Assembly (NCBI GenBank): GCA_028534125.1
Contig: CM052817.1
Span: 77,936,001 to 78,000,000, forward strand
Source: Lama glama
Lineage: Eukaryota
Direction of reading: 5' to 3'
DNA length: 64,000 nucleotides
A program made the translations under genes and the position numbers. Below are positions 38,701 to 50,965 of the stretch, piece by piece; position 1 is the stretch's first letter, and the number at the start of each line of letters is the position of its first letter. Under the pieces are notes generated by a model. The model was not told where the DNA came from and searched no databases. It saw nothing but the letters and a program-made list of their open reading frames with translations.

Positions 38701-40464
38701 ACCATACATAATGACCATGAAATCCAAGTTATATTTTTACAATAAATGTATGACTTTAAGAAGAAATATCTTTTTATCTAATGAAAGTATATGACAAACC
38801 AGAACTTTATAATCTGGAACTAAAAGCCTTAATGTTTGGAATTTTATATAAATTAATATATTCTATGTAAATATATAAATTTATTATATATATTTTATAT
38901 TTATAAATATGTAAAACACATTTATTTTTCAAAGTATTTGCTTTTTAGTACCACCTAATACTTTGGAGTTAGCAATAACTTCTTTAAATATGAAAACAAA
39001 TAGAACAACAACACAAAAACTCCCCAGCCTGAAAATGCATTGGCCGTTTACATACTTATTTCAGTCTCTCTAAACCTGTATTCCACAGCATCAGGCTAAA
39101 CAAGACAAATACTTTGGTGGAAGAAAATATCTTTGCAGTATTTTTATAAATTTATGTTCCCATTAATACAGAAACACCAAGAACAGAGTATATTTTAAAT
39201 TTCTCTTAGGATCACAGCTATATTTTTCTTCTCATAGCTAATGGTAAGATTTAATCACTATTGGGAACTGAAGTCTATGAAGAAGGAGAAAAAATAGTTC
39301 TTCAATGACCAAATGTGACTTTCAGAAATCACGCTTGGTGATTAATGGGATTAATCTTGCATTTAAATGGAATCAGAAAAGAAGAAAGCAAGAGCACCTT
39401 ACCTCTTCTTTTGAGCTGTATTTCACACCACAGATGCTAATGTCAAACAAAGAGTAGAGAGCCATGTGAAAAAACCATAAGGGGTAATTCAGTACAGAAA
39501 CTTACATGGAATTATTTTCCATTAACTAATCAAAATCTTCATTAATGTAAATGAAGTCTATTTTAACTTCACAGAATGTCATTGATTCTTTAAGCGACCT
39601 GAAAGAATAAAGAACAAATGTATAAGAATAGTAATATGATGGTAATGTATAATAATTATACATAGACCTAATTGCACAATATTGTACAAAGTGTAATCAG
39701 TACTGTGAAGAGCAATTGAGTCTTCACTAAAAATTCTTAGGTGTTTCCTTCATGGTCCAGTGAAATACAGCAAATGTTGTACATTTTATACCAATGTCAG
39801 TCATCACTTTAAAATTGATTTTAAGTTTATCCTTATTGAGTAAAACATCATCTATTGTTGATTTCAAATAAATATGGAAATCCTTTGATCATTTTGTTAC
39901 TTAGGACGTGCTTAAAGTACACACTGTAGCCTTCCCCAACTCAACTTGATACTTCTTTCCCCTTACATATAAACTAAAATGTCCTTTGAATAAAATTCTT
40001 CCTTAGCTGATGTCTCTTTTTGTTATTATATCCTAGAGATATGCTAATTCCAGAAAAAAAAATGAGACAAGAATCTTCATCACTAAATCACAAAGTCTTT
40101 TTAAATAGAGTTGAATAACCTCCAGGTATCTTCTTTAGTCTTGTAAATTAATGTAGCGAAATTTCAGACAATAGATTTTTTTCCCTTTAATGAAGTCATT
40201 TTACCTTTTTTGAGGTTTACAAATACCCAGCTAAACAAAATAATGAGTCTTCTTCTTCTTTTTTTTTTTTTTTGGTACTCCAGTAGTACTGAAACTGAAC
40301 AACAGCCTCCTTGCTGAGCAGTCTATGTACTTCCAGCTTTCTAGGCGTATCTCATTTAAATGATCCCTTGTCTCCCATGAACACGCACATTGGTAGTCTC
40401 TTTACATGGCTGGGCCAGTGGCCATCTGTAATGTAGGTGGCAGAGAAACATTGTTGTTTGTCAC

Positions 40465-40610
40465 CACCTCTCACAGTTTCCTGAGAATCTTGATAAGCTA
40501 CAGCTTCCAATTTAGCCGGGCTGGAGGGTGGGGCCCAAGAGTCCATATTTCTAAGCAACCTCAGGTGAGCTGGTGGCCCCTGGTCCACTGGGCCTGACTT
40601 TGTTTGCTGA
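40465..40610. mobile_element. MER5-like hAT MITE remnant
   Basis: ggggcccaagagtccatatttctaagcaacctcaggtga...ctggtcca...actttg. Confidence 0.6.
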
Positions 40611-40644
40611 GCAGCCTCTGTGTGATGTATTTTCATCTTTTCTC

Positions 40645-40752
40645 TTCACTAAGTGAAAGCTCTTGAGGAGAGAGCTAGCCTATCTTTATGTTTTCCCAGC
40701 AGGGCCAAGCACAGCATTCAGCATCTAGTGGGTGCTCAATAAATGTTTCCTG
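40645..40752 (+). mobile_element. L2 3' tail
   Basis: aagctcttgagg...agcacagc...tagtgggtgctcaataaatgttt. Confidence 0.8.
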
Positions 40753-40971
40753 CTTGTCAGAAAATGAGCAAGAGTAGACCCGTTGCGCTCTGGTGACCCA
40801 ACTTTGGTTTCCTTTCAGAGTGCATAAAAAGCAAGTGGCCCTTTTCTCAAACTGGAAGTGGATAGGGCACAACTCTGAATAGTATTAGTCGAGAATAGAA
40901 AGTGGAAATACTGGAAGTCACAGAACAGATGACAAATTTACTGTTGGCTATCCTCTGCCTTCCTTGTCTAG

Positions 40972-41067
40972 GTGGAATATGTTCTGAGACCGGTGCCCTC
41001 TTCAGCTCATGGAAATAAAAGCACCGCATGGTGCAAAGCACCGGAGTCATATCCTCTTCAAAGCAAG
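40972..41067 (+). other. Candidate internal exon (96 nt), transcript unknown
   Basis: Polypyrimidine acceptor tcctctgccttccttgtctag, donor AAG|gtaagg, and a phase-0 open frame VEYVLRPVPSSAHGNKSTAWCKAPESYPLQSK that I do not recognise. Confidence 0.35.
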
Positions 41068-41668
41068 GTAAGGTAAACAGGAGGCTGAGGATAAGGCTTG
41101 AGTGTTCCCTCTAATTTGGAAGCATCATGGATATTCATGCAGAACTCCACATGTATTGCTTTGACCTATTCCTCTTCTTTTCTAAGAAATGGTTTGTCTC
41201 TGAGGCAATTTATCCACAGGTTTTTCTTTTTTTCCTAGTTATAGTTGCTCCTAAGCATTTTGAAAAGTCAGCATACTGAAAAGTCAAAAGTGTGTGGCTG
41301 TTTTGATTTGCTCTTAGATCACTAGGCATCCATTTTCAAATGAGCAAAATGAAGCCATCCTGTGGGACATGTGGACAGCTTGACTTTCCTGTGCGAGGGG
41401 CAGTTAACTCTGCTTAACATGGAGACGGTCTTTTATTCACTCTGTGCTTAAAAAATCATTGTTGCTTTAATTTTTCCCCTAGTATTCTGTATAAGTAATG
41501 GCTTAGCTAAATGAGAAGAATAGTTGAAAGCATTTAGCATAAAATCCAAAAACAGAGAGATTAATTGACCTTCCAAAGGCCAGCACACTAGTCATTGACA
41601 AATATGCACCAGGTCTCATCTCACATCCCCAAGTTGCTTTAGCACGTTAGCTCATTCTTTCTTCCTAG

Positions 41669-41843
41669 GCATCTTCTTTTCCGGGAAGTAGTGAAGGACT
41701 ATAAAGCTTCTGAAAGTAAGAAATATATTTTATTGTCAGACCTAAGACTAGAAAAGCAATGGTTATACTGTTAAAAACATTACAACTTATAGCAGAGTTT
41801 AAAATTGACTTTTTGCTATGTTTAGACCCCTTAGAAGATAATG
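41669..41843 (+). other. Candidate exon (175 nt), probably non-coding or stop-containing
   Basis: Branch-like ctcat, acceptor tctttcttcctag and donor ATG|gtaagt. Confidence 0.25.
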
Positions 41844-42529
41844 GTAAGTCATTCTTCTTTAGAAATATCATCATCATCTGTGGACAGAAAATAGTTCTCC
41901 ATTTTAAAGAATAGCTCCCTGTAGGATTTGCCGAGTTTTCTATAGCTAGAGTTACTAAGCAAAATAAATGATGTCTCAGAACATTCTGTTGTCTCTGGTT
42001 TCAAATAATGTATTTTGTTATGTTTTTTCATTCCTGGCTACCATAAGTGGCAGAAAGAAAACCTCTCTTCAAAATCTAGTGTCTGGAAAACAAATATTTG
42101 TGGATCTTGAGCTCAGTGTAAATTCAGGGTACAAGATAGCTTTCTTGGCTTCAGGTACTTTCCCAATGCTTATCTCTATTAAATATGAATGATTTGAAAA
42201 CATAAAGTCTCTGAGAAGGTTAATGTCATGGGCCAAAAAGAATGGAATCACAAAAAACTGAAACAGGTTTCTGTTAATGGAGCTCTTTCTCAGAAACTTG
42301 CTTTGTCTTACTAGCTTCCTTTCTTTAACCATTCAACCCTGGCAATACTAATGCCAAGTGTTCTTTTCATTATTGCTTTAAATGGGGGAAACAAAGGACA
42401 GAAAGCTTAATGAACTGGTCTTTTTAGAAAAAGCTTTTCTAGAAACCATTGTTTGAAAAGTAATATGAACTATGCAGGAGACAAAACTGACTTTAATGTG
42501 TTATGCATTAATCTGTTAAAAATACTGTA

Positions 42530-42655
42530 TATTTAATAGTGGAATGTTGCTGGCGTATATCTCTAGATGGTGGATCATTGATGTTTTAATTTTATATTTC
42601 TTTTATACATTTTCTTCAATCAACATTCATTACCTTTGTAATAAAAATAAATGGT
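42530..42655 (+). mobile_element. Old L1 (L1ME-like) 3' terminus
   Basis: atctctagatggtggatcattgatgttt...cattacctttgtaataaaaataa. Confidence 0.6.
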
Positions 42656-42929
42656 TTATAAAAGACTAAACTATATACATAGTTCTAAATTATCCAAAAT
42701 TATATTAAGAAACAGCGTTGCATGAGTTTTGAGTGGTACATAAGAAATGTCTTGAGAGGTGACCTCAGTACACTAAATCGTAGCTTTGGTACAGCCCCTG
42801 CAGCTGGAGGGTAAATATCTCCTCTCCTATTCACCTCCCTGTCTCAGCTCATCGCTAAATGTGTTAGGGCTGTGTGTCTGGTCAGCAGCCTTAAGCCTAA
42901 GCAGAGTGGAGCTTTTGCCTTATTCTTAA

Positions 42930-43470
42930 TCCTCACCACTCTCTTCCGGAACTTCATCACCAGGCTGGCTCACTTCCTCAGTCTGCCTCACAATTACTGC
43001 CCTGTCCTACAAACTCACTTTCCTGCCTCTAGGCTCTCACCACATCAACACATCTCTGTTACATCATCAGACTGATCTTCTCCAAATATTTCTTAACCAT
43101 GTCACACTTCTGTTAAGGAACCCCACAAAGCCTCTATTTCTTATTTTCTGTTGTTCCAAGTTTAAATCCTTTTCATGTTCTGTAGCTATGCTATAATTGG
43201 TTACCAAACCATGTCTCTGAGTTCATTTTCTGCTGTTCACCATGTCTCAGTTCTGGTTAGTTAACTCGCCTCTCACTTTCCCAAATGAATCAGGCACAGT
43301 TCCATGTATCACCCCTTATCTGTGTGTTCTGCTGTATAGGAATGCCTTCCTCTTTTCAATGTATTCAGATACTAATGACCTTTCAATCTGGCCCAAGTCC
43401 CATAGTCTCCATGAAGCCTGATGGACAAGTCAGCCTGCAGAGATTTCTCTTCTACTGACTCTCACTTGCT
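42930..43470 (+). mobile_element. L2 fragment
   Basis: Pyrimidine-rich L2-like text: tcctgcctctaggctctc...cagactgatcttc...ccatgtcacacttctg...ggaatgccttcc...ctccatgaagcc. Confidence 0.7.
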
Positions 43471-43823
43471 CATATGAAGATAAAACTATATTCAAAGCAA
43501 GAACTGACTGTAACCACTTCTCATATACGAGGCAAGTGGCATTTTCATATAGGGGAAATAATTCCTTTTTTTAGGGGAAAAAACTTGATGGACTCTTTGG
43601 GAATAGTGTGGCTTCCCTGCAGGATGGATTACTCAAGGAGTGCCAAATTGTTCTTCAAATTAAAAGTGTGTATGAGAGAGTAGGAAGCTTAGAAATACTG
43701 GAGAAGAAGAGATGACCCGGGAGCCTGAGACAATGTAGCTACGTTAATATCTCTAGGGAAGCATGGACAATGAGAAGTTACCCACGCCAGGGACTGGCTG
43801 AAGAATATAAATATCTAGTTCTA

Positions 43824-44126
43824 TTTTTAAAATTTTTAATTGAAGTATGGTCAGTTTACAATGTTGTGTCAGTTTCTGGTGTACAGCATAATGATTCAGT
43901 CATACCAGAACATACATACATTCATCTTCATATCCTTTTTCACCATTAAGTTACTACAAGATACTGAATATAGTTCCCTGTGCTATACAGAAGAAACTTG
44001 TTGTTTATCTATTTTTAAATATAGTAGTTAGTATCTGCAAATCTTGAACTTCCAATTTATCCCTTTCTACCCCCTTTCCCCACCAGTAACCATAAGTTTG
44101 TTTTCTATATCTTTGAGTCTGCTTCT
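43824..44126 (-). mobile_element. 5'-truncated lineage-specific (cetartiodactyl-type) L1 3' end, ~300 bp
   Basis: aattgaagtatggtcagtttacaatgttgtgtcagtttctggtgtacagcata...gaatatagttccctgtgctatacag, with TSD taaatatctagttcta (43808-43823) / taaatatgtagtttta (44127-44142). Confidence 0.92.
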
Positions 44127-45210
44127 TAAATATGTAGTTTTAAATTAATGTCTGTCCTGTGCTGAAAGCCCCACCTTCCACTATGCTAAATCTTCAGTAA
44201 CACTCTGTTCTGTGTCAGTGGTGTTCTGGAGGAGTGAAGGACTCAGAGCAATGGCCAGTGGGGACTGGAGCTGTGCAGACCTAGGGCAGCAGCTACGGAA
44301 GTGAGATGCCAAGTGCAAATTGCTAAAGAATAGAATCGGGAAACTGAAACAAAAGGACACTAGGAGAAATGCCTCACGAATAATTATCAGCTATTGGATG
44401 GTTACTGGGTTTTTCATAATACATGAGAAAAAGCAACGTTATTATATGTAAATATTAAAGGGAAGGGGATGCCATAGAGTTGGGGATCTCTAGGTAGCTG
44501 TCTTTGGGGAGTCACTCAATTTTGAGCCAACTGTAATTCATCTGTTAAGTCTGTGATAATTTCAGATCTGTAAACATTTTCTCCACAGATTATAATCTGA
44601 GGGAACAAATACCTCTTAAACAGTCCTTTACATCTCCACAATTACTACCTTGGGACAGGTACTTAATAAATTCTTGTTGGATTGCAATTAAACTAAGTTG
44701 AATTAAGAGACTAATATCTTCATAATTACAAGAAAGCTCATCGAATATTACTGCCAATGTAAAAATGTTGTGTGTCAAGTCAACAGTATGGCATGTATAC
44801 TGACTTTTTTAAGACTTTCAGAAAATTTATGTTGAAATTTGTCTAGAAAGATAAATGAAACTATATTATCAGAATTCATATCAAATAGACTGATCAGAAG
44901 ATATTTTCCCTGTACTTAATAATCACAGAGATTTGCATTTCTAGCTGTTAGGATTATGGTTCATAGTGTTTGAATAAATCATGAACGACGATTCTTTTAA
45001 TGTTGTCTTTCTCTGTATGCTATACAACCAGATAAGTTATATAAGGAGGGGGAAAGGTTATTTTTTCAACTTATGGTCTATATTTGTTTTGGCTATAATA
45101 AATTAAGTCAAGATATGTGTAAACACTATGTAGTCATTTAAGATATTTAAAGGCTTGTAATTCCTATCATTAAGAAGGCAACCTTTCATTTTTAAACTGC
45201 AGTTTAAAAT

Positions 45211-45322
45211 ATACATATTTTTATATACTTTTTTATATATATAAATATATATATTTATATATAAATATATATATAAATATATAAATTTTTATATATAAAA
45301 AATACATAATTTTATATACTTA
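45211..45322. repeat. AT-only low-complexity tract flanked by a ~20-bp direct repeat
   Basis: atacatatttttatatactt (45211) and atacataattttatatactt (45302) flank TA-rich sequence. Confidence 0.85.
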
Positions 45323-47091
45323 ATAAAAATTGCATGGTATAACTTTTATTCAGCTCCAAAAGGCAGTCTCAGTGAGTACACATCTGTTAGTGAGATCGCT
45401 TTCAAACTTTCAGAAAGTGAAATCAGAACTGAAAATTGTTTGGGAAAGCTTTATTCTTAGAGTCTGATGGAAGAAACGTCATGCTCTTTAACTTTAAATC
45501 CTTTTATCCTTGTGGACTCTAAACTTGGCTTAACTGGAAAAAGTGGAGACTTTTTGTAGAAACTAGTCTGATGGGCGAGTCTGGGAAGTCAGGTGTGGTG
45601 GAGATAACAGGCTTTAGGCAGTTGTTGATAACAGGCTTATGGATGTTGGAGTGAGGCACAACTGTCATTCTTAGATGATTCAAAAAGTAATCCTTCTCAG
45701 AAAATTCCATTTGAATGTGATGTCTGTTATATTTTGGGTACAACCAATGCATACCCTGGAACTTTATATAGATGTAATTCATATAAAATGCTCAAAAAAT
45801 ATCATCCACCCATTTTTTTTGTTATCTGCAAATAGACAGTCATGTTGTGTTGAGGAGAACAAACTGTCAAAATACAAAAATATTAATTAGTAATTAAGCA
45901 CCAAGAAAATTAATGCGCACTCAAGTATCCCCCCTTTTGTAACACCAGTACTGATGTCAGTCAGCATCTTGTCATATGATCAGTCAGGGCCTTGAAGATT
46001 ATCAGATGCTCATGTTATCCAACAACACAGCTCAGAGTGATTGAAGACTGAAAGTGCAAGAGTCAAGCTTTACCGGGTGACCTGGGGACACTGCTTGTCT
46101 CTCATACACGGCCATCAAAATGGAAGGCTTATGTCAGAGGAGAGAAGCAACATGGTTTGTACGCGATGGGCTTTCAATATGGAATGATTTGAGAACGAAC
46201 AGCTTAAGGGGTGAATCTGGAAAACAAAAAGGAGCCTCTTTGATTCTGTGATATGAAATTCAAATTTGAAGAGTAGAATGTGCCATAACACGGTTTTCTT
46301 AGAAAAAATATTTCTTGCACAGATCAGTGAACATTTGATTCATTGTTGATTTGCTCTGAAAGTTAGTGCAAAATGGCAATTATGACATGAATTATAAAGA
46401 TGCAAATTAAATCAACTGATTTCCATAATTCATAGTTTTAGTTTTCAAGACTAAAAGATAATTGACCTCTTTCCATAATGTCATGTAAAATTCTTCGTCC
46501 TTATTTCAGATGGACTCACTTAAAATGATCTTTTTTCATAGTTGCAGTTATCCTTGAATTTACTCTTGCACTTTTTCTGTTTTAGCTTCTTTCTTAGACA
46601 TTGTTAAGATAAATATTAAAGAACACTATTAAAAAGAAATAAAACAACTTCTTGTTTAAAAAGGTAGCATGTTACATATTCTTTACAATTCCTCCTTTTC
46701 ACATATTACTTTGTATCATTCTCATACCAACCAAGTGTAGTTGGCCTTGCTTATCTTCCCCTTCTACAGATGGACGTACACAGAGAGGAACTTGCTAGTG
46801 ATTTGTGGAGCTGGCATTTGAACCTAGATCTTGACACTGCAGAGCAGTGTGGTGTGTGACCTCAAGGAGACACAGCTAAGTGTAAGGAGGCAGACACAAA
46901 AACAGACAATTAAAATGCATGATCATGTAATAATGCAAATATATAAAAGAAGCAGTGATAATCCAGAGGAGTTATGGGCAAGATTTTACAGAAATGTTGC
47001 TTGAACTGAGTTTTGAAGGAAGACTAAGACCATTTTTAGGACCACAGTTTTCTTTTTCCTCCCACAAAACTTTGAAATTGTACTGAAGTCC

Positions 47092-47560
47092 CGTAGTAGA
47101 TGGATTGCGTTAATGCCCCAATTAATGGCCTCCCTGTATTCCTACCCCTTGTTCTGTAACTTTGTGGTTCCCTCCCACTCTGAACGTGGGCTTCATCATG
47201 TGATTTTCTTTGGCCAATGAGACCAATATCATGCAGACAGAGTTTCAAGACATATGTACATTTCTGCTCACACGCTTACATTTTGCCTTCACCTTGAGGC
47301 TATGCCTGCACCAGCCTGCTAGAGGATGAGACAGTAGAAAGAGCAAGTCAGCCTTGTCGTCCCAGCTAGGGCCCCAGATGTATGACTGCAGCCAAGATCA
47401 GCAGATGCCTGAATCAGGACCTCTTCCCTTTCACCAGTGCAGCTCAGATGGTGGACCTATCGAGCCAACCCTTAAACACTCGAGCGAAAATAAATGTTGA
47501 CTGTTGTATGTCACTGAGGTTTTGTTACACTGGATTACTGTGGTAAGAGATAACAGATAT
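47092..47560 (+). mobile_element. MaLR LTR (MLT1G/H-like)
   Basis: gggcttcatcatgtgattttctttggccaatgag...cagccaagatcagcaga...aataaatgttgactgttgtatgtcactgagg...agataacagata. Confidence 0.85.
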
Positions 47561-47659
47561 GATTCTTGTCTATACCTCATCTCCTAAATCCAAGTTAGTA
47601 GCCCAGTGATATCCATTGTACCTCTGTGGTATCATTCTCATTCATAATTCTTTCCCTTT

Positions 47660-48215
47660 CAATTATCATTGCAACTGCCCTAGATCGATTCCTCATTGCC
47701 TGTGCCCTGAACTACTATAATAATAGCTTAGTAACTGGTCTCCTTGCCTCCAAATCTTTCTCCTCTTCAACCTCTTCTACAAAAAAGTATTTTGTGTTTT
47801 TCTTCTTTTTGATTTGTTTTAAACAGTCCTAGTGTTACAACTGGCCTCCTCAAAGGCCTTCAGTGGTTTGCTTATTTCCCTAAGAGCAAACTCCCCTGCC
47901 TGGCATTCAAACCCTCCACACCCATCTAGTCGCAAACTTCCTTCTACCGTACCTGTTCCGTTCTCCTTTCCTCTTACCATGCTGTGCTTCTCCTATTTGG
48001 TATCCCACATCCATCCAACTGAAGGTCCCTTCATCTAGAATGCCCTGCTCCCCGTTTCCAGATGTCTGAACCCTGCCGTTCCTACATAATCTAGATCCTG
48101 TGTCTTTGCCCCAGGAAGCTTTTCCTGATTCCCAATTCTCATCTTCCTCACATTTTTATACCACTTTTAGGATTCTTAGCACTCCTTTTTTGCCACAGTT
48201 ATTTGTGTGTAGGAC
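47660..48215 (+). mobile_element. L2 fragment
   Basis: tgaactactataataatagcttagtaactggtctccttgcctcca...cctggcattcaaaccctcca...ctagaatgccct...caggaagctttt. Confidence 0.8.
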
Positions 48216-48227
48216 TTGTACATCCAC

Positions 48228-48653
48228 AGCATCAGTTTCCTAGGGCTGCCATAGCAAAGAGCCACAAATGGGGTGCCTTAAAACAGCAGAAACGTATTCT
48301 TTCACAGTCCTAGAGGCCATGCTTCCCCTACAAAGCCCTAGGGGAGGGGCCTTTCTTGCCTCTTCCAGCTTTTGACAGAGAAAGCTCCAGATGTTCCTTG
48401 GTTAGTGGCAGCAGAACTCCAATCTCTGCCTCTGTCTTCACATGGCATTCTCCCTGTGTGTGAGTCTGAACTTCCCTCTTCTCACAAGGACATCAGTCAT
48501 ACTGGATTAGTGTTCAGCCTAATGGCTTCGTCTTATATTGATTGCATCTTCCAAACTCCTATTTCCAAGTAAAACTGCATTCCCAGGTACCAGGGGTTAG
48601 GATATTAATATATCTTTTGGTGGGGGTGCAGGGACACAGTTCAGCTCATATAC
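48228..48653 (-). mobile_element. MaLR LTR (MLT1C-like)
   Basis: agtttcctagggctgccatagcaaag...ttcttgcctcttccagctt...aaggacatcagtcatactggattag...ctatttccaa...gggacacagttca. Confidence 0.9.
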
Positions 48654-49300
48654 CTGGTATATTTGAGGGCAAGCATGGTACCTTAGTACCATTCTGACTA
48701 GTAAAGCAACCCCAGGGCTCGGACAATATCTTCTTCATTTTGTATCTTTTTTGCACATAACATTTTCTCATTGTTCAGCTTTCTGCTGAAATGAATCAAA
48801 TCGTTTAAACTTATAAGGAAAGATCATTAAAAAATTTCTGAGGCTGCCAAGAAAGATTTATCAAACAACAATTGTGTGGGTGGGGTATTACAAAGCCTCA
48901 AATGTGGGGGTGATTATTAATCAACACGTTTTTAAGAATCTCAGTTTGGCAGAGAAGAGTCCCAAACACACCACCAGAGACTGCTAAATTCAATTTGAGG
49001 AGATATGAGTGAGGGAAGAAAATAATTATCAGTTGAGTGTACTCTCAGATAAGCTAATAAATTGGCTAATTTGGAAAATTAGTATGAAACTATTGTGTTA
49101 TCTTCAGTTTTTAAGTAGTGAACTTTTTAAGGAGAACATTGAAGTCTGTCATTTCCCGAATAGGCTTATTGGCGATCAGAGATTGGGGTGATAAAACCCA
49201 AAATGTCCAGCATTAGGTGGTTTACCTTAATATTAAAGTTAAGGGATGGGAGGGCTCGCTCATCTTTTCAGTCAAGTTCTCCTCTTGTAAAGAACAGTTG

Positions 49301-50206
49301 TGGCACCATCTCGGCAGGCAAANNNNNNNNNNNNNNNNNNNNNNNNNNNNNNNNNNNNNNNNNNNNNNNNNNNNNNNNNNNNNNNNNNNNNNNNNNNNNN
49401 NNNNNNNNNNNNNNNNNNNNNNNNNNNNNNNNNNNNNNNNNNNNNNNNNNNNNNNNNNNNNNNNNNNNNNNNNNNNNNNNNNNNNNNNNNNNNNNNNNNN
49501 NNNNNNNNNNNNNNNNNNNNNNNNNNNNNNNNNNNNNNNNNNNNNNNNNNNNNNNNNNNNNNNNNNNNNNNNNNNNNNNNNNNNNNNNNNNNNNNNNNNN
49601 NNNNNNNNNNNNNNNNNNNNNNNNNNNNNNNNNNNNNNNNNNNNNNNNNNNNNNNNNNNNNNNNNNNNNNNNNNNNNNNNNNNNNNNNNNNNNNNNNNNN
49701 NNNNNNNNNNNNNNNNNNNNNNNNNNNNNNNNNNNNNNNNNNNNNNNNNNNNNNNNNNNNNNNNNNNNNNNNNNNNNNNNNNNNNNNNNNNNNNNNNNNN
49801 NNNNNNNNNNNNNNNNNNNNNNTACAGAGGCATCAGTGGTTTAATGGGTGGGGGGATATTACATGCCTGAAGCAAGGTCCCAGAGAGACACCCTCCTAGA
49901 ACATAGCAGCACTCTTCGCTGAGGGGTGGCAGGGAGGAGGTTACTGGTTAACAGTTATGAGGGAATTGACTTGGTATCAGGTTAGTTCATTGGTTACCAG
50001 GAAATTCAGCAGAGGGGCACACCCCTCAGTGCCCCTTTGATAAGCATAATGTTTTGCTCTAACACTAGAGCAATCATTAGATAGGGCCTGAGGCAAGGAT
50101 GTAGGAAGGTCAGTCATGAAAGCAGGTGTAGGTGAAGCAGGCACTGGTGGATCAGGGAATAGACACAGAGGAAGAGAACAGTCATCTTAAGTGTCCTGAC
50201 CATACA
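49301..50206 (-). mobile_element. ERV1-like LTR element spanning the assembly gap
   Basis: TG (49301) ... CA (50206) ends with identical 4-bp flanks gttg (49297-49300, 50207-50210). On the minus strand a CCAAT (~49989) and an ATTAAA (~49840) are in LTR order. Confidence 0.65.
49323..49822. other. Assembly gap (500 N)
   Basis: Run of exactly 500 n. Confidence 1.
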
Positions 50207-50965
50207 GTTGTATGTTTCCAGGTGTGTGTGTGTGTGCGTTTTGCTATTCCAAATAGTACTGCTGTGAACATTCTTGTACATGTCATTTGGTTCAGATATC
50301 TATGCATTTCTGTCAAATACATACATTCAGGAGTAGTATTGCCAAGGCACAGGGAGTGACTGTGTTTAGATTTAGTAGATTCTATCAATTTTCCAAAATG
50401 GTTGAAACAATTTAAATTTCACCAGTGATTAATACAAGTTCTAGTTGCTCCACATCTTTGTCAACATTTGATTTTATTTCACTTTTTCAGTTTTAACTAT
50501 CTGATAAGTGTGTTAGTGTATCTCTTTTTGGTTTAAATTTTCATTTTTCAGATGTCTAAAACGTTGAGTACCCTTTCATATGCTTATTGAACACTTGGAT
50601 GTTTTCTTTTTGATGAGTGCATTCATTTTTTGGCTTGTGTTTCTGCTACATTGTTGCCATTTTCTTATTGCTCTGTAGGGCTACATTATAAGTTCTGGAG
50701 TTAAGTTTTGAAATTACCGTTTCTTTCTGGGTTGTTTGTATTTACAATGTCTTTGATGAACTAAAGTACTCAATTTTAAAGTAGTCCAATTTATCAATTA
50801 TTATGTGCATATATATTAATTTAAACCTAAAATCCCTCTGGAATTGATTTATGATAGACAAAATTTGTCTTCCCCCCATAAATATTTCCATATGCTCTAG
50901 CACAGCTTATTGAAAAATATTTTTTCTCTCACTGAACTATGGTATTATTGTTGTCATAAGTCAAG

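Noticed and set aside
49188..49899. Four ~200-aa ORFs
   Set aside because: Artefacts of reading through 500 N
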